The notes under the pieces: model-generated
What the model was told of the DNA's origin: nothing
What the model saw: only the letters and a program-made list of their open reading frames with translations
Databases searched by the model: none
Position numbers and translations under genes: made by a program
Virus record (IMG/VR): IMGVR_UViG_2926647115_000001
Strand: one strand, 5' to 3'
Length of the DNA stretch: 64,000 nt
From: a virus
Lineage: Duplodnaviria; Caudoviricetes
In this document: piece after piece, positions 18,444-28,839 of the stretch
How the letters are laid out: every line of letters starts with the position of its first letter
Numbering within the stretch: the first letter of the stretch is position 1

Positions 18444-19187
18444 TCAGTGGTTCGGCCCGAGATACGTCACCGAGAGCCGGGTCGCTCGGTTGTCGCTGAT
18501 CGTCGAGCGGATGCCGCCAGACACTTGGTTCGCGATCACCCGGACCCGCTGCCCCGCGGCCAGCTCCAGCGGCTCGCCGAAGGTGATGCCGGGGTTGAGA
18601 TCAGCGGTGGGGAATTCGGCGAGCGCCGTGCCGGACAGCCGCACCGGCGGGGTGGTCGTGTCGCCGATGTAGGAGAACAGCCGCCGCACCGCCACCTGCG
18701 CGGTGATGCGCCAGAACACGTGGAAGTCGTAGATCCCCGCGTAGGGGGCTTCGAAGAAGTCCACGCCGCCCGCGCCGATGGTGCCCGGGTAGTTGTAGGC
18801 CGCGTGCCAGATCAGCGGCGTCTCCTGCCCGTTCTGCAGCTGTTGCGGCGCGGTCTGGTACAGCTGCATGAACCGCAGCGGTTGGATCGCGTTCGCGCCG
18901 AGCACGTAGAGGCCGCCGTCGTCGCCCTGCTGCAGCGCGTTCCCGGCCTGCGCGGAGATTCGAGCGTCCGCGGACACGACGTAGTTCCCGGCCGGCGCTT
19001 CGTTGACGTGCATGTCGATGGTGCCGGTGTCCAGCTCCGACACCGTGGTCTTCACCCCGGGCGCGAGGGCGAGCGCGTACGGCGACGTTGCGGTGCCCGA
19101 CCCGGACACGGTGATGTCCGGGGTGGAGGTGAACGCGCAGAAGCACTCCCCGGCCTGCTCGTTACCGCACCCGCATGGTGATGTCAT
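18444..19187 (-). CDS. Minor tail protein with C1q-like C-terminal head
   Basis: MTSPCGCG start, VSGSGTATSPY, GNALQQGDDGGLYV repeat, APYAGIYDF motif. Confidence 0.7.
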   Translation of the reverse strand: MTSPCGCGNEQAGECFCAFTSTPDITVSGSGTATSPYALALAPGVKTTVSELDTGTIDMHVNEAPAGNYVVSADARISAQAGNALQQGDDGGLYVLGANAIQPLRFMQLYQTAPQQLQNGQETPLIWHAAYNYPGTIGAGGVDFFEAPYAGIYDFHVFWRITAQVAVRRLFSYIGDTTTPPVRLSGTALAEFPTADLNPGITFGEPLELAAGQRVRVIANQVSGGIRSTISDNRATRLSVTYLGPNH

Positions 19188-19393
19188 GCTGTCCCCCCAG
19201 CCTGTGGTTCGGCCAGAACCACGGTCGTGCCGGACGCGGCGTGCACGGCCACGATCCGGCCCTGTTCGTCCTGCTTGATCCCCCATCCGCCGACCCGAAC
19301 CGAGGCGGCGTTCTCCAGCGCCTCCAAGCGGTCGCGGATCTCGCGGAACATCTCCTCCGGCGTGCGTGGCCGGTTGCTAGGCGAGTACGCCAC
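19184..19393 (-). CDS. Small minor tail protein
   Basis: 69 aa, RDRLEALE coiled coil plus VRVGGW; coupled to both neighbours. Confidence 0.6.
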   Translation of the reverse strand: MAYSPSNRPRTPEEMFREIRDRLEALENAASVRVGGWGIKQDEQGRIVAVHAASGTTVVLAEPQAGGTA

Positions 19394-20453
19394 TGATCGC
19401 CTCCACGCTCGTCTCGAGGTTGGCCAGCCCGACTGACACGGTTTCGCCGCCGCCGTCCTCGTCTGTCTCCTCCACGACGGTGAGTCGGTCGAGCACCATG
19501 TCCTGGTAAACCTGGTAACAGGTGGCCTCTGTCCACACCGGAAGCACGACGCCGGGCACCAGTTCGCGGATCGTCACCGGGGCGGTGTCGGACAGGCGGG
19601 CCTCGTTCCCGAAGGAGATGTAGAGCGGCGGAGGCATCCCCATCTCCACCTGCCTGCGGGCGACCTCCAAGGCGGTCGTCTGGTCGGCGATGGTCGAGTC
19701 GTTGATCACGCGCTCGATCAGCCCGTAGTAGGGGTCGGTGCCGCCGTATTCGGCGCGGATGCCGTCTTTGCCGAGCACGATCGCCCGCGACACTGCGGCG
19801 TTGCCGTCGTGGGTGACCTTCAACCCGTTGAGGAAGTCCTTGTCCTGCAACAAGTCCGTCTTGCCCAACGGCTGGGGGCCCCAGAGGATGAGCCGCTTCC
19901 CGAGGAACGTGACGTTGAGCGCCGACCCCGTCATCTGCCGCAGCGACGCACCCACGCTCGATTGGTAGGCGTGGAACTCCCGCTCGGTGTGCACCTCGGT
20001 GGGGTAGATCAACGGGGCGGACAGGATCCCGGTCTCGTCCCCGGCGCCGTCCGGGTGGTTGAGCCCGGCCTTTATCAGGGTCAGTGCGGCGGCGGTCACC
20101 TCGTCGGAGACTGTCATGTCGGCGCGGGGGTAGCGCACGTCCAGCCAGGCCCACCCGTCCTCGGCGTACAGGGTGGCGACGTCGGACTCGGCGTCGATCG
20201 GCACGATGGGGCCCTGCCACACCGGCTCGTAGGGGCCGCCCTCGGTGCGGTAGATCACCAGCTCGTGTCGCCACGGCCGCACGTTCGTCAACTCGTCACA
20301 GCAGGCCCCGGACGGCACCCGAACCTCCGCGTGGGAGGTGTTGTTGCGGACCCGGGTCCACTCCACCCGCAGCGGCTTCGCGACCTCCAGCACCTTGTGC
20401 CCGGTGTCCCGGTCCACCACGATCGCCTTGTGCTTCCCGCACCCGAGCGCCAT
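19377..20453 (-). CDS. Minor tail (hub/Tal-like) protein
   Basis: WTRVRNNTS, RPWRHELVIYR...VWQGPI and YYGLIE motifs; second gene after the tape measure. Confidence 0.75.
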   Translation of the reverse strand: MALGCGKHKAIVVDRDTGHKVLEVAKPLRVEWTRVRNNTSHAEVRVPSGACCDELTNVRPWRHELVIYRTEGGPYEPVWQGPIVPIDAESDVATLYAEDGWAWLDVRYPRADMTVSDEVTAAALTLIKAGLNHPDGAGDETGILSAPLIYPTEVHTEREFHAYQSSVGASLRQMTGSALNVTFLGKRLILWGPQPLGKTDLLQDKDFLNGLKVTHDGNAAVSRAIVLGKDGIRAEYGGTDPYYGLIERVINDSTIADQTTALEVARRQVEMGMPPPLYISFGNEARLSDTAPVTIRELVPGVVLPVWTEATCYQVYQDMVLDRLTVVEETDEDGGGETVSVGLANLETSVEAISGVLA

Positions 20454-21736
20454 CACATCTCCCGCGTGACGGTCTCGAGCGACAGGGTGGCCAGCGGCGA
20501 GAACGACTCGACGTCCATGTCCGCGCAGACCGTGTAGTGCATCCCGCATTGCAACTGGATGTGCTGCGCCGGGCCGCCGCCGTCGCCGAACAGCACCGTG
20601 TCCCCGCGGGTGTTGACCCCGCCGGGGCACAGCATCCGCGCGCTGCTGGTGGTGCCGTCGATCACCAGCGTCGAGTCCGGCGGCACGTACTCCACGTAGT
20701 AGGTGCCGCAGGCCCGGCACTCGTCCAGCTCCTCCGCCGGGAGCTGCCGCGGGTTCTGGTAGACGGTGATGGACAGGTTCCGGATCGGGTCGTCGCCTGC
20801 GTAGAGCCGCATCCGCAGCGCGGACACGAACTGCGGGGCGAGCGCGGTGGCGGGGATGTCGGCGCACTGCCGCACCACGTACAGCGGGATGCACACGCAC
20901 CCGGTCGTCGCCGACGGCACCCGCGGTGGCGGTGGGGGTGGCGGGCAGAGCGGGTTCGCGGTGCACCCGCGCAGCGGCGAGTTGACGCCGGGGATGCAGT
21001 CGGGGTTGTCCGGGTCGCAGTCTCCGGAGGTGTCCCAGATGATGTTGCACAGCTGTGTGTCGGGGTCCGGCTCGGGCCACACCAGCTCGTCGATCACCGT
21101 GATGGGCTGCCGCCAAAACGCCGGGTCGGCGGAGATCTGGAACGTCACCTGGAACGCCGGCCGCGTCTTGCCCTCGCACACCGCGTCCGGCAGCGGGGCG
21201 CGCCCGATGACCTCCGGCGCGGTGATCAGCTGCGCGTTCTTGAGCGTCCGCAGCTGCCGCTGCACGTCGTCGGCGTCGTCCGGGCAGCACCGCAACAGGC
21301 ACAGGTCGGCGCCTTCACAGGAGGCGCAGCCGAGGAGGCGGGCGGTGAGCCACCGCAGCCCCCAGTCTGCCGAGCACATGTCGGTGGCGAACAGCCATCC
21401 GGTGACGGTGAGCACGCGGTCCCTGTGGCGTCGTGGGGGCACGATCGCCCCGTCCCCGAGCCGCTGCACCGGGGAGATGTTGAACGCGCCGTTGTGGAGC
21501 CCGTCGATGGTTTCGATCCACAGCCCGCCGAACCCGGCGGACTCCGGCTCGTTCGGGTCGTACCACGGTGCCGGGTCGGCGGCCGGCGTGGTGTAGGGCT
21601 GGTGCCCCAGGGCTTCGGCGAACCCGGGGCACGCGCACCCGTTCAGCGACCGGGACAGGCCGGGCTGCATGTAAGCCTCGACGCGGGCGTTGTTCCCGAT
21701 CTCCAGGCCGCCCAGGCTGAAATAGGTCTCCAGCAT
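20453..21736 (-). CDS. Minor tail (distal-tail-like) protein
   Basis: First gene after the tape measure; LEIGNNARVEAY and PAPWYDP motifs; Cys-rich. Confidence 0.75.
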   Translation of the reverse strand: MLETYFSLGGLEIGNNARVEAYMQPGLSRSLNGCACPGFAEALGHQPYTTPAADPAPWYDPNEPESAGFGGLWIETIDGLHNGAFNISPVQRLGDGAIVPPRRHRDRVLTVTGWLFATDMCSADWGLRWLTARLLGCASCEGADLCLLRCCPDDADDVQRQLRTLKNAQLITAPEVIGRAPLPDAVCEGKTRPAFQVTFQISADPAFWRQPITVIDELVWPEPDPDTQLCNIIWDTSGDCDPDNPDCIPGVNSPLRGCTANPLCPPPPPPPRVPSATTGCVCIPLYVVRQCADIPATALAPQFVSALRMRLYAGDDPIRNLSITVYQNPRQLPAEELDECRACGTYYVEYVPPDSTLVIDGTTSSARMLCPGGVNTRGDTVLFGDGGGPAQHIQLQCGMHYTVCADMDVESFSPLATLSLETVTREM

Positions 21737-21745
21737 CCCGCCCCC

Positions 21746-24700
21746 TCAGAACCTCGACACGATCGACCGCCACCGCGCGTCCACGGCCGCCGCGGTGGCG
21801 CGCGCGTCGTGCGCCTCGGTGATGTGGAAGACCGGGCTGTTCGTCGTCACCCGCGACACCCCTCCGGCCGCTGGTGCCGCGCTGCTCGCCTGGTACAGCG
21901 GTGGGATGCCGTCCAGCACCCCGGCGCGCCCGTAACCGCCCAGTGGGGCACCGCCCGCGACTCCGCGGAGGAACCGTTCGATGGCGTTCGCGTCGAACAC
22001 CCCGCCCTGCCCGTAGAACTGGTCGGCGAGGACATCGTTGAACTGCTTGGCCAGCGCGCTCGCGCCGCGGAACGAGAAGTCCTCGAAGAACGTGGCCCCG
22101 CTGGTGAGCGCGGTCAGCATCTCCTGCGCAGCCTGCTGCATTGGTGACGTCTTCGCCGCCCGAGTCGCCGCCTCGCCCACGGACGCGGCGACCTGCTCGG
22201 CAGCCCGCACTACCGCGCCCTGCCGGTTCTCCATGCCGACGATCAGGCCGTCCATCACGAACTGCCCGATGCGGATGAACACCTTGGACGGCGACGCCAC
22301 CTGCAGCACACCAGCGGCGGCAGCCGCGACCGCCGCCGCCGCGGCCCGAGCCTTGGCCGCCGCATAGGCCGCCCGAGCCTCGATACCGGCGGCGAGACCG
22401 TCCATCAACGCCGCACCGACACCCCGCAGGTTGATCCCGTTGAACGCGCCCGCGATCCCGGAACCCACCCCGCGGGCGGCGGCGATCACCTCAGCCCCCT
22501 TGGCCTGGGTGGTGGACACCATGCCCGCCCAGCCAGCGAGGTTCGCGCCCTGCATCTGGGCGAGACCGGACCCGACCGCGCCGACCATCCCGCCGAATCC
22601 ACCCGCCACCGCGCCCTGCATCTGCGCAAGCCCGGACCCGACCGTGCCGACCATTCCGGCGACCCCAGCTCCGACGGTGCCCTGCATTTGCGCGACACCC
22701 GCACCGACGGTGCCGTTGATGCCCATCCAGGCGCCGAGCGTGCCGGCCTGCATCTGCGCCCACCCGGCCAGCGCGGAGGCCGCCACGCCAGCGATCCCGG
22801 CGCCAACCGTGACGCCGAGTGCGGTGATCCCCGTGGACACTGCGGCGGTCGTTTCGGCCCAGCTGAACAGGGCGTCATCCCGCAACCCGGTCCACCCGGC
22901 GAGCGCCTTTTCACGCACGCCGACGAAGCCGATGTCGGCGATGCTCCGGAGGTTCGCGACGCCGGACCCGACCGCGTCACCGATCTGCATCCAGGAACCG
23001 AGGGTGTCTTGGTGGATGTTGCCCCACCCCTGGTCGAAGACGCCCCGCACACCCTCGAGGCCCTGCCCGATGGTCGTCTTCCACCGACCCACGGCGTCGT
23101 CGATGCCCTTGTTGAAGTCGCCGAATATCAGGCTCTCAAGGTTGGAACCGGTCAATCGGGAGATGAACTTGATCGGGTCCGAGTCGCCGGTGAAGATCTT
23201 CCCGAACTCTTTGCCTATGAGCCCGATGCCGTTGAGGGCGACCTCGATGCCGCCCGCATCCGACGACAGCCCCAGCTGTTTCAGGTCCTTCTCGCTGATG
23301 CCGAGGTTCTTGGCGCTGAACAGTTCGTCGGCGATCGATAACCCGACACCCGCCCACCCGGCGCCCTTGAGAACGCCGGTGAGGGTGCGGGCCCACCGCT
23401 TGCCGCCGCTGGCGACCTTCCGGTCGCCGCTGTCGAACGCGGCCCCAAGCCCCGCGCTGAACGACTTGCCGAGGCTCTTGCCGAGGTCGAGCAACCCGAA
23501 CTTCTTCAGCACGGCGTAGGCGATCGCGGCTTTCGCGGTGACCTCAACCAGCCCGGAGGGCAGGATGTCGATCAGCTTCGCCGCCCAGCCGACCACCGTG
23601 CCGATCGCGGAGGCGATGTCCCCGAACGCGGACGCGATCGCGGGAAGCTTCGGGCCGACCGCGGCGAGAAGGTCACCGAGCCCGTTGATCAGGTCCCGCA
23701 GCCCCTGCTGCACCTCCGGGCTGGACACCGCATCCGCCAGGCCCTGCGCGAAGGTCTGGATGTCGGGGGCGATCTCCCGCAGCGAGTCGGCGAGGGTCCG
23801 GATCACCGGCTGCAGCGCTGGGAACAGCGTCTCGGCGAGGTTCGCCACGATCGGCGCGATCGCCCCGAGCGCCTGCACCAGCTCCCCGACCACAGGCAGC
23901 AGCGCCGCCGTGATGCGCTGCATCGCGTCGAAGAAGCTCATCAGCGACTTCTGGCCCTGCGCGCTCTCGGTCCATGCCCGGAACTGCTCCGCAACACCTT
24001 GGAGGGTGTTGAGCAGCCCGCCGCCCTGCTGGTTCGCGATCTTGAACACGTTCCCGAGCCCGACGGCGAAGTCCCGCACGGTGACGCCGAGTTCCCGCAG
24101 CGTGTCGAGCGAGGCGGTGAAGAACTTGTCCAGCTCACCGGTGGCGGCGGCGTTGCGGATGAAGTCGGCGAACCGCTCGGAGAGCCGCGACACCCCGGCG
24201 GCCATGTCTGGCAGGAACTTGGACCCGACCTCGGAGATGTCCAGGAACGCCGACAGTGCCGGCTTCACCGCGGGCACCAGGTTGTGAGTCGAGTCGATCA
24301 GGTTCTCGACCAGGTTCTTCGTCTGCCCCAGCACCTCGGAGTCGTTGGCGAACCGCAACGCCTCCTTCGCGGCGGCGTTCAAGTTGTCCGCGGTCGCGCC
24401 GAACAGCCGGTTCGCGACCGGCAGGTACCGCGCCGCGAGACGGGACACGCTGTTCGCGAGCCCGTCGAACAGCCGTTGTTGCACGCCGAGCTGCATCCGG
24501 TCGAACGCGGGCTTCGCCCCGGCGACCGCACGCACGAACGCTTGCGCCGACGGGGCCAGCTCCTTCATGGCCTCGTTCAGCGCCTTCGCGTCGCCCTCGG
24601 CGACCGCGCCCAACGCGTCCTCGAGCCCCTGCGTGCCGAGCTTGATCGTCCCGACGACCGACTGGACGCCGAGCAGCGCGGCGGGTAGCAGACCGGCCGC

Positions 24701-25513
24701 GCCGGCTGCCTGTCCCAGCGCCGCGCCGAGCGCGACCACGCCGCCGGTCAGGGAAGTCACCCCTGCCACCGCGGCACCAGCGCCAGCACCGACCAGGGTG
24801 AGCTTCGCTCCCGTGGTGACCACACTGGTGAGCGCGGACCCGGCGTTGCGGGCGACGGTGGTGAGCGCGGACAGGTCCCGCTCGACATCGCGCACACCGC
24901 GGGCGTCCGCGTCGACCTGCAACCGCAACAGGTTGCCGCGCGCAGTCAGGCCCTGGATACGGTTCTGGGCGCGCCGGATGTCGGCGTCGACGTCGATCTC
25001 CGCGGTCTCCCGCTGGGCGCGCAGGCTGCGCAACCGGGCCTCGTACTTGCGGATGTCGGCGTCGACCTCGATCGAGGTGCCGCGCTGCCCCTCCAACTCC
25101 GCCAGCTTCTTCTGGACCCGGGAAATGTCGGCGTCGATGTCCAACCGGGCGGTGCCGCGCTGCTGCACCAGCTCCGCGATCTCCCGCTGCGCCTTCCGCA
25201 CGTCGGCGTCGACCGACAGCAGCGATTCCACCCGCGTGGCGCGCTCCACCTGCTCCCGCGCCTGGGCCAGCGAGGATTCATCGACGGAGACACCGACCTC
25301 GGCCTGCACAGCGCGCATCCGGCCGCGCATCCCGACGCGGAACCGGTCTGCCCACTTACGGCCGGCACGGTCGCCGGACTGGCCGAAGGAATCCTCGAAG
25401 TCCTCGCCCGCCCGTTCGGCCGGGCGACGCAAGGCACGGCGAAGCCGAGGCTCGATGTCGGCGACGTTCAGCTCGACATCGACCTCGACGGACCCGAGAT
25501 TCGGGCTCGTCAC
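21746..25513 (-). CDS. Tape measure protein
   Basis: 1255 aa Ala/Gly-rich helical ORF with 11-residue periodic repeats, SPSKVF motif near the C-terminus; follows the chaperones. Confidence 0.93.
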   Translation of the reverse strand: MTSPNLGSVEVDVELNVADIEPRLRRALRRPAERAGEDFEDSFGQSGDRAGRKWADRFRVGMRGRMRAVQAEVGVSVDESSLAQAREQVERATRVESLLSVDADVRKAQREIAELVQQRGTARLDIDADISRVQKKLAELEGQRGTSIEVDADIRKYEARLRSLRAQRETAEIDVDADIRRAQNRIQGLTARGNLLRLQVDADARGVRDVERDLSALTTVARNAGSALTSVVTTGAKLTLVGAGAGAAVAGVTSLTGGVVALGAALGQAAGAAGLLPAALLGVQSVVGTIKLGTQGLEDALGAVAEGDAKALNEAMKELAPSAQAFVRAVAGAKPAFDRMQLGVQQRLFDGLANSVSRLAARYLPVANRLFGATADNLNAAAKEALRFANDSEVLGQTKNLVENLIDSTHNLVPAVKPALSAFLDISEVGSKFLPDMAAGVSRLSERFADFIRNAAATGELDKFFTASLDTLRELGVTVRDFAVGLGNVFKIANQQGGGLLNTLQGVAEQFRAWTESAQGQKSLMSFFDAMQRITAALLPVVGELVQALGAIAPIVANLAETLFPALQPVIRTLADSLREIAPDIQTFAQGLADAVSSPEVQQGLRDLINGLGDLLAAVGPKLPAIASAFGDIASAIGTVVGWAAKLIDILPSGLVEVTAKAAIAYAVLKKFGLLDLGKSLGKSFSAGLGAAFDSGDRKVASGGKRWARTLTGVLKGAGWAGVGLSIADELFSAKNLGISEKDLKQLGLSSDAGGIEVALNGIGLIGKEFGKIFTGDSDPIKFISRLTGSNLESLIFGDFNKGIDDAVGRWKTTIGQGLEGVRGVFDQGWGNIHQDTLGSWMQIGDAVGSGVANLRSIADIGFVGVREKALAGWTGLRDDALFSWAETTAAVSTGITALGVTVGAGIAGVAASALAGWAQMQAGTLGAWMGINGTVGAGVAQMQGTVGAGVAGMVGTVGSGLAQMQGAVAGGFGGMVGAVGSGLAQMQGANLAGWAGMVSTTQAKGAEVIAAARGVGSGIAGAFNGINLRGVGAALMDGLAAGIEARAAYAAAKARAAAAAVAAAAAGVLQVASPSKVFIRIGQFVMDGLIVGMENRQGAVVRAAEQVAASVGEAATRAAKTSPMQQAAQEMLTALTSGATFFEDFSFRGASALAKQFNDVLADQFYGQGGVFDANAIERFLRGVAGGAPLGGYGRAGVLDGIPPLYQASSAAPAAGGVSRVTTNSPVFHITEAHDARATAAAVDARWRSIVSRF

Positions 25514-25585
25514 AACCCAGCCCCCCCAGCTGGTTCCCCCGCCGATAACTGTATCGGCTCGGTGCGCAACAGTTGCGCTACTGCG

Positions 25586-25920
25586 TCACGCGCGCGGCGC
25601 GCGACCCCCCAACATCGAGTTGCCCTGCCCCATCGCCGCGAGGAACGCGGCACCATCGGACTCCGCGCCGGCCCAAAAGTCGTCCCGCCTGTCCCCCGCG
25701 GTCTCGATGGGCAACGGCTTGTTCAACGCGGATTCGAGCTTGAACCGGTCCTTTTCCTCGACCGCGGTGGACATCAGCAGCGCGTGCACCACGTTGAGGG
25801 CCCGGTCCAACGGCACCTCCAGCAGATCGATCCCCTTCGGGAGCAGGGTGCCGTCGAGCTGGTCCCACTCCCGCGCGATCACGCCTATGAGGCGGATCGC
25901 GACCCGGTAGGGCGGCCGGT
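25586..25920 (-). CDS. Tail assembly chaperone C-terminal extension (-1 frame)
   Basis: Open -1 frame overlapping the end of the chaperone gene, directly before the tape measure; no good RBS of its own. Confidence 0.65.
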
Positions 25921-26244
25921 GAGCTGTTCCACAGCCCACATCAGCGGCTCGTTCAGGTCCTTGAATCGGATCTCGCCCTGCGTCAACCGGGCCATGAGCC
26001 GGTTGTAGGTGTCCTCGGTGAACACCGCCTTCATCTGCGCGACCATCGCCTTGATGAGGTCACCGGCCTTGCCGCTGTCGTCGGCCTCGATGAACTCCAT
26101 GGACAGCGCCACCAACGCGTCCTCCGGGAGGTTCGCGTTGACGTGGTAGGTCTCGCTGTCCCCCTCGAACAGCTTGAACGGGATCGGCTTGCGGTTGCCC
26201 TTCTTCCGCCCGGCCGCAACCGCGAACGTCTTCACCCCTGCCAT
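25885..26244 (-). CDS. Tail assembly chaperone
   Basis: 119 aa, GAGGGGG RBS, ends ...TGRPT; position upstream of the tape measure. Confidence 0.8.
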   Translation of the reverse strand: MAGVKTFAVAAGRKKGNRKPIPFKLFEGDSETYHVNANLPEDALVALSMEFIEADDSGKAGDLIKAMVAQMKAVFTEDTYNRLMARLTQGEIRFKDLNEPLMWAVEQLTGRPTGSRSAS

Positions 26245-26267
26245 GTGGTTCCCCCCTCGTTGTAGCG

Positions 26268-26681
26268 CTAGTACTTCGTTGGCACGCCGGTGGATTTCCC
26301 CGTCACCAGCTGCACGGCCCTGGTCAGGAACGGCCTCCCCTTCGCCGGACCGACCCGTTTCCGGAACACCATCGGCCCGCCCCGCTTCCGCCAGGCCAGC
26401 ACCTTCCCCGGCTTGGCCTCAAACCCGCGCCGCCCCTGGTGCGCCCAGAACGCGTGCCGGGCGTAGAACCCGATCCGCACCGCCATCCGCGGAAACCCGG
26501 GGCGCATCGTGACGTCCCCGGACTGCCGCAGGCGTCCGGTGTCGACCGGGGCAAGCTGGACCGCGGTGGAGTGCACCGCGACCCCGATGCGCCGCATCTG
26601 CCGGTACGTCGTGGTGCTCGGGTTGGTGCCCAGCTGCCGCAACCCGGCCTGGTTGATCGTGATCCGCCGTACCCTCGCCAC
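26268..26681 (-). CDS. HK97-gp10-like neck/tail-completion protein
   Basis: APVDTGRLRQS, YA...HQG and RPFL motifs; very basic. Confidence 0.8.
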   Translation of the reverse strand: MARVRRITINQAGLRQLGTNPSTTTYRQMRRIGVAVHSTAVQLAPVDTGRLRQSGDVTMRPGFPRMAVRIGFYARHAFWAHQGRRGFEAKPGKVLAWRKRGGPMVFRKRVGPAKGRPFLTRAVQLVTGKSTGVPTKY

Positions 26682-26691
26682 ACTCGCCCCC

Positions 26692-27246
26692 TCAGCCGTT
26701 GCACACGCAGGCGTTGACGTGGACGGTGACGGTCATGACGCCGCCCTGGCAGCCGCCGCCGGAGGCCGGGGTCCACGGGCCGACGAGGAACCGCTGGTCG
26801 CTGTTCTCGAGCCAGTCGCAGCAGAACAGTGCCCGTCGCATCGCGTGAGCGTCTTGCGCGGCCTTCTCCGCCGCCGCGGTGTTCGCGTCGCAACCGGGCA
26901 GCTGTCCCTGCGGCCCGAGAGCCGGCGCGCAGCGCATCGCGCCGAGCTCCAACGTCACGACCCACCCGTCCTGAGCGCCACACGCCGTTGCGGTGGCGGC
27001 CTGGGCGGGGAACCGGTCGGTCGGGTAGACGCCGGTGATGCGCACCCACGCCATGCCCTCCCGGCCGCCGTCGGCGGAGCAGTCGTCCCAGGGCACCTCG
27101 GCGCCGTAGAAGATGCAGCAGCACTTGACGGGGCGGTGGTCTTCGAGGATCCCGCATAAGCAGTCCAGCAGCCGTTGCGCCACAGGCCACGCCACCGGGT
27201 CCCCCACTGGCTGCGGCGCGGCGAGCGCGCGTTTCGTCAGGGCCAC
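26692..27246 (-). CDS. Tail terminator-like protein
   Basis: Position between adaptor and neck genes; PWDDC...AWVR and GGC.GG motifs. Confidence 0.55.
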   Translation of the reverse strand: MALTKRALAAPQPVGDPVAWPVAQRLLDCLCGILEDHRPVKCCCIFYGAEVPWDDCSADGGREGMAWVRITGVYPTDRFPAQAATATACGAQDGWVVTLELGAMRCAPALGPQGQLPGCDANTAAAEKAAQDAHAMRRALFCCDWLENSDQRFLVGPWTPASGGGCQGGVMTVTVHVNACVCNG

Positions 27247-28046
27247 GTGGTCACCACCGGGGACACGACGTCGGGCGAGTAGATCTGCGGCGGTGCGACC
27301 AGCCCGTACGGGTTGACCGCCTTCACCCACTGGTTGATGGAGAACACCCCGAAGTCACCGGACGCGGCGGCGTCGAACTCGTACTCGACGTTCTCGCGGG
27401 TGACCCGCTTGACATTGTCCGGCAACCGGCACTGGTCGGCCATCCCCGGGGTGCACGCCTTGAGCAGTTCACACGCCAGCTCCCCCGCGATCTCCTCCCC
27501 GCCCGGGGGCACCGGCAGCCCGTGCTTGTACGTGACCGCCCAAGTGCCCGGCTGCCCCAGCGGCTTGCTCAGGTCCTGGCACAGCGGGAAACAGGCCCCG
27601 TCCGGGTTGGCCTCCCACACCAGGCGGCGGCCGTCGTCCACGCGGAACTGCACCAACGGAACGTCCTGCCCGTCGACGTGGACGCGCACGGGTTCCGGGA
27701 GCCAGCCGGGGAGCTCGATCTCGCACACCTCGGTGCACGAGCACCGGTGCTGGTTGCAGCCGCATTCGATGTTGAACCACTGTCCGTCCTGCAACAGCGG
27801 CGTCCACCGGTTGCCCTGCCACACCCCGCGCACCTCGGTGAACGCGGTGCAGCCGCGGCGGCACGGTCGGATGGTGACTTCGCAGCGGCCGTACTGGCGG
27901 CCGGTGGCGGCCCACAGCAGGAACACCGCCAGCTTGGAGGCTCGCTCCCGCTCGGCGGGCTCGGCTTCCTCCCAGCCCGGGCAGCATGGATCAGCGACGA
28001 CTCCCCAGTCGCACGCGAACGCGAAAGCCCCCCCAGGCGTTGTCAC
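27237..28046 (-). CDS. Head-to-tail adaptor
   Basis: LWAATGRQYG.C..TIRP, LACEL.KAC, CRLP..V..VTR and VNPYGL motifs. Confidence 0.7.
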   Translation of the reverse strand: MTTPGGAFAFACDWGVVADPCCPGWEEAEPAERERASKLAVFLLWAATGRQYGRCEVTIRPCRRGCTAFTEVRGVWQGNRWTPLLQDGQWFNIECGCNQHRCSCTEVCEIELPGWLPEPVRVHVDGQDVPLVQFRVDDGRRLVWEANPDGACFPLCQDLSKPLGQPGTWAVTYKHGLPVPPGGEEIAGELACELLKACTPGMADQCRLPDNVKRVTRENVEYEFDAAASGDFGVFSINQWVKAVNPYGLVAPPQIYSPDVVSPVVTTWP

Positions 28047-28140
28047 GGTTGCGATCCTACCCGTCTTGTTGCGCAACCCATGCGCAACTGCCCGCGCCGC
28101 GAGTCGGGGTCGCGGCGCGGGCAGTCCGTTCTGGTGTGCC

Positions 28141-28824
28141 TTACGGGCCAGGAGCAACCAACGGCTGGCAGCCGCAGCTCGGTTCGGGCGGCGCGACCGT
28201 GGTCAGGATCATCCGGCCGAACCGATCAGGCGCCAGCGGCGGCGTGAGCGGCGACGGCCCCGCAGCGAGGTTCTGGACGTTGTAGGGACCCGCGCCCCAT
28301 CCAGAGCCGGAGCGGGCGGTGGCGGTGACACCGAAGGACACCGCCCCATCCTCGATGGTGAAGTCCGCCAGGACACCGCTGGACAGCCACGGCAGCACCA
28401 GGTAGCCGTACTGCTCGGTGCCGGCCACACCGCAGGGCTGGTCGGAGTGCACACCGGTCCACAGCTCCAGGGCGAAGCCTTCGTTGCAGGGGATGTCAGC
28501 GATGTCGAAGCCGATTCCCTCGCCGTCCTCGCCGAGGATCGGGTCCTGCCCGGTCATCAGCGAGAACAGGTCGGTGTCCACGTTGCAGAACGTGATCGTG
28601 GTTTCGATGCCGGTCATGCTGGTGCAGGCCGGGATCGACACGCAGATCTCGCCGTTGGCGTTGCGGACGGTGATCTCTTCGCCCTCGTCGGTCTGCGGCG
28701 AGAACTCCACCGACACGAACCCCGACGTGACGACCTGCGAGCAGTCCCCGTAGATGGGGGCGCCACACTCGTTGACCTTGGTGATGCGCATCCGGCGCCC
28801 GCGGACGGGCGTGAAGCAAGTCAT
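28141..28824 (-). CDS. Major tail protein
   Basis: RGRRMRITKVNECG, NANGEIC, FALELW, YGYLVLPW and WGAGPY; acidic, 227 aa. Confidence 0.8.
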   Translation of the reverse strand: MTCFTPVRGRRMRITKVNECGAPIYGDCSQVVTSGFVSVEFSPQTDEGEEITVRNANGEICVSIPACTSMTGIETTITFCNVDTDLFSLMTGQDPILGEDGEGIGFDIADIPCNEGFALELWTGVHSDQPCGVAGTEQYGYLVLPWLSSGVLADFTIEDGAVSFGVTATARSGSGWGAGPYNVQNLAAGPSPLTPPLAPDRFGRMILTTVAPPEPSCGCQPLVAPGP

Positions 28825-28839
28825 GGGTATCCTCCCCAG

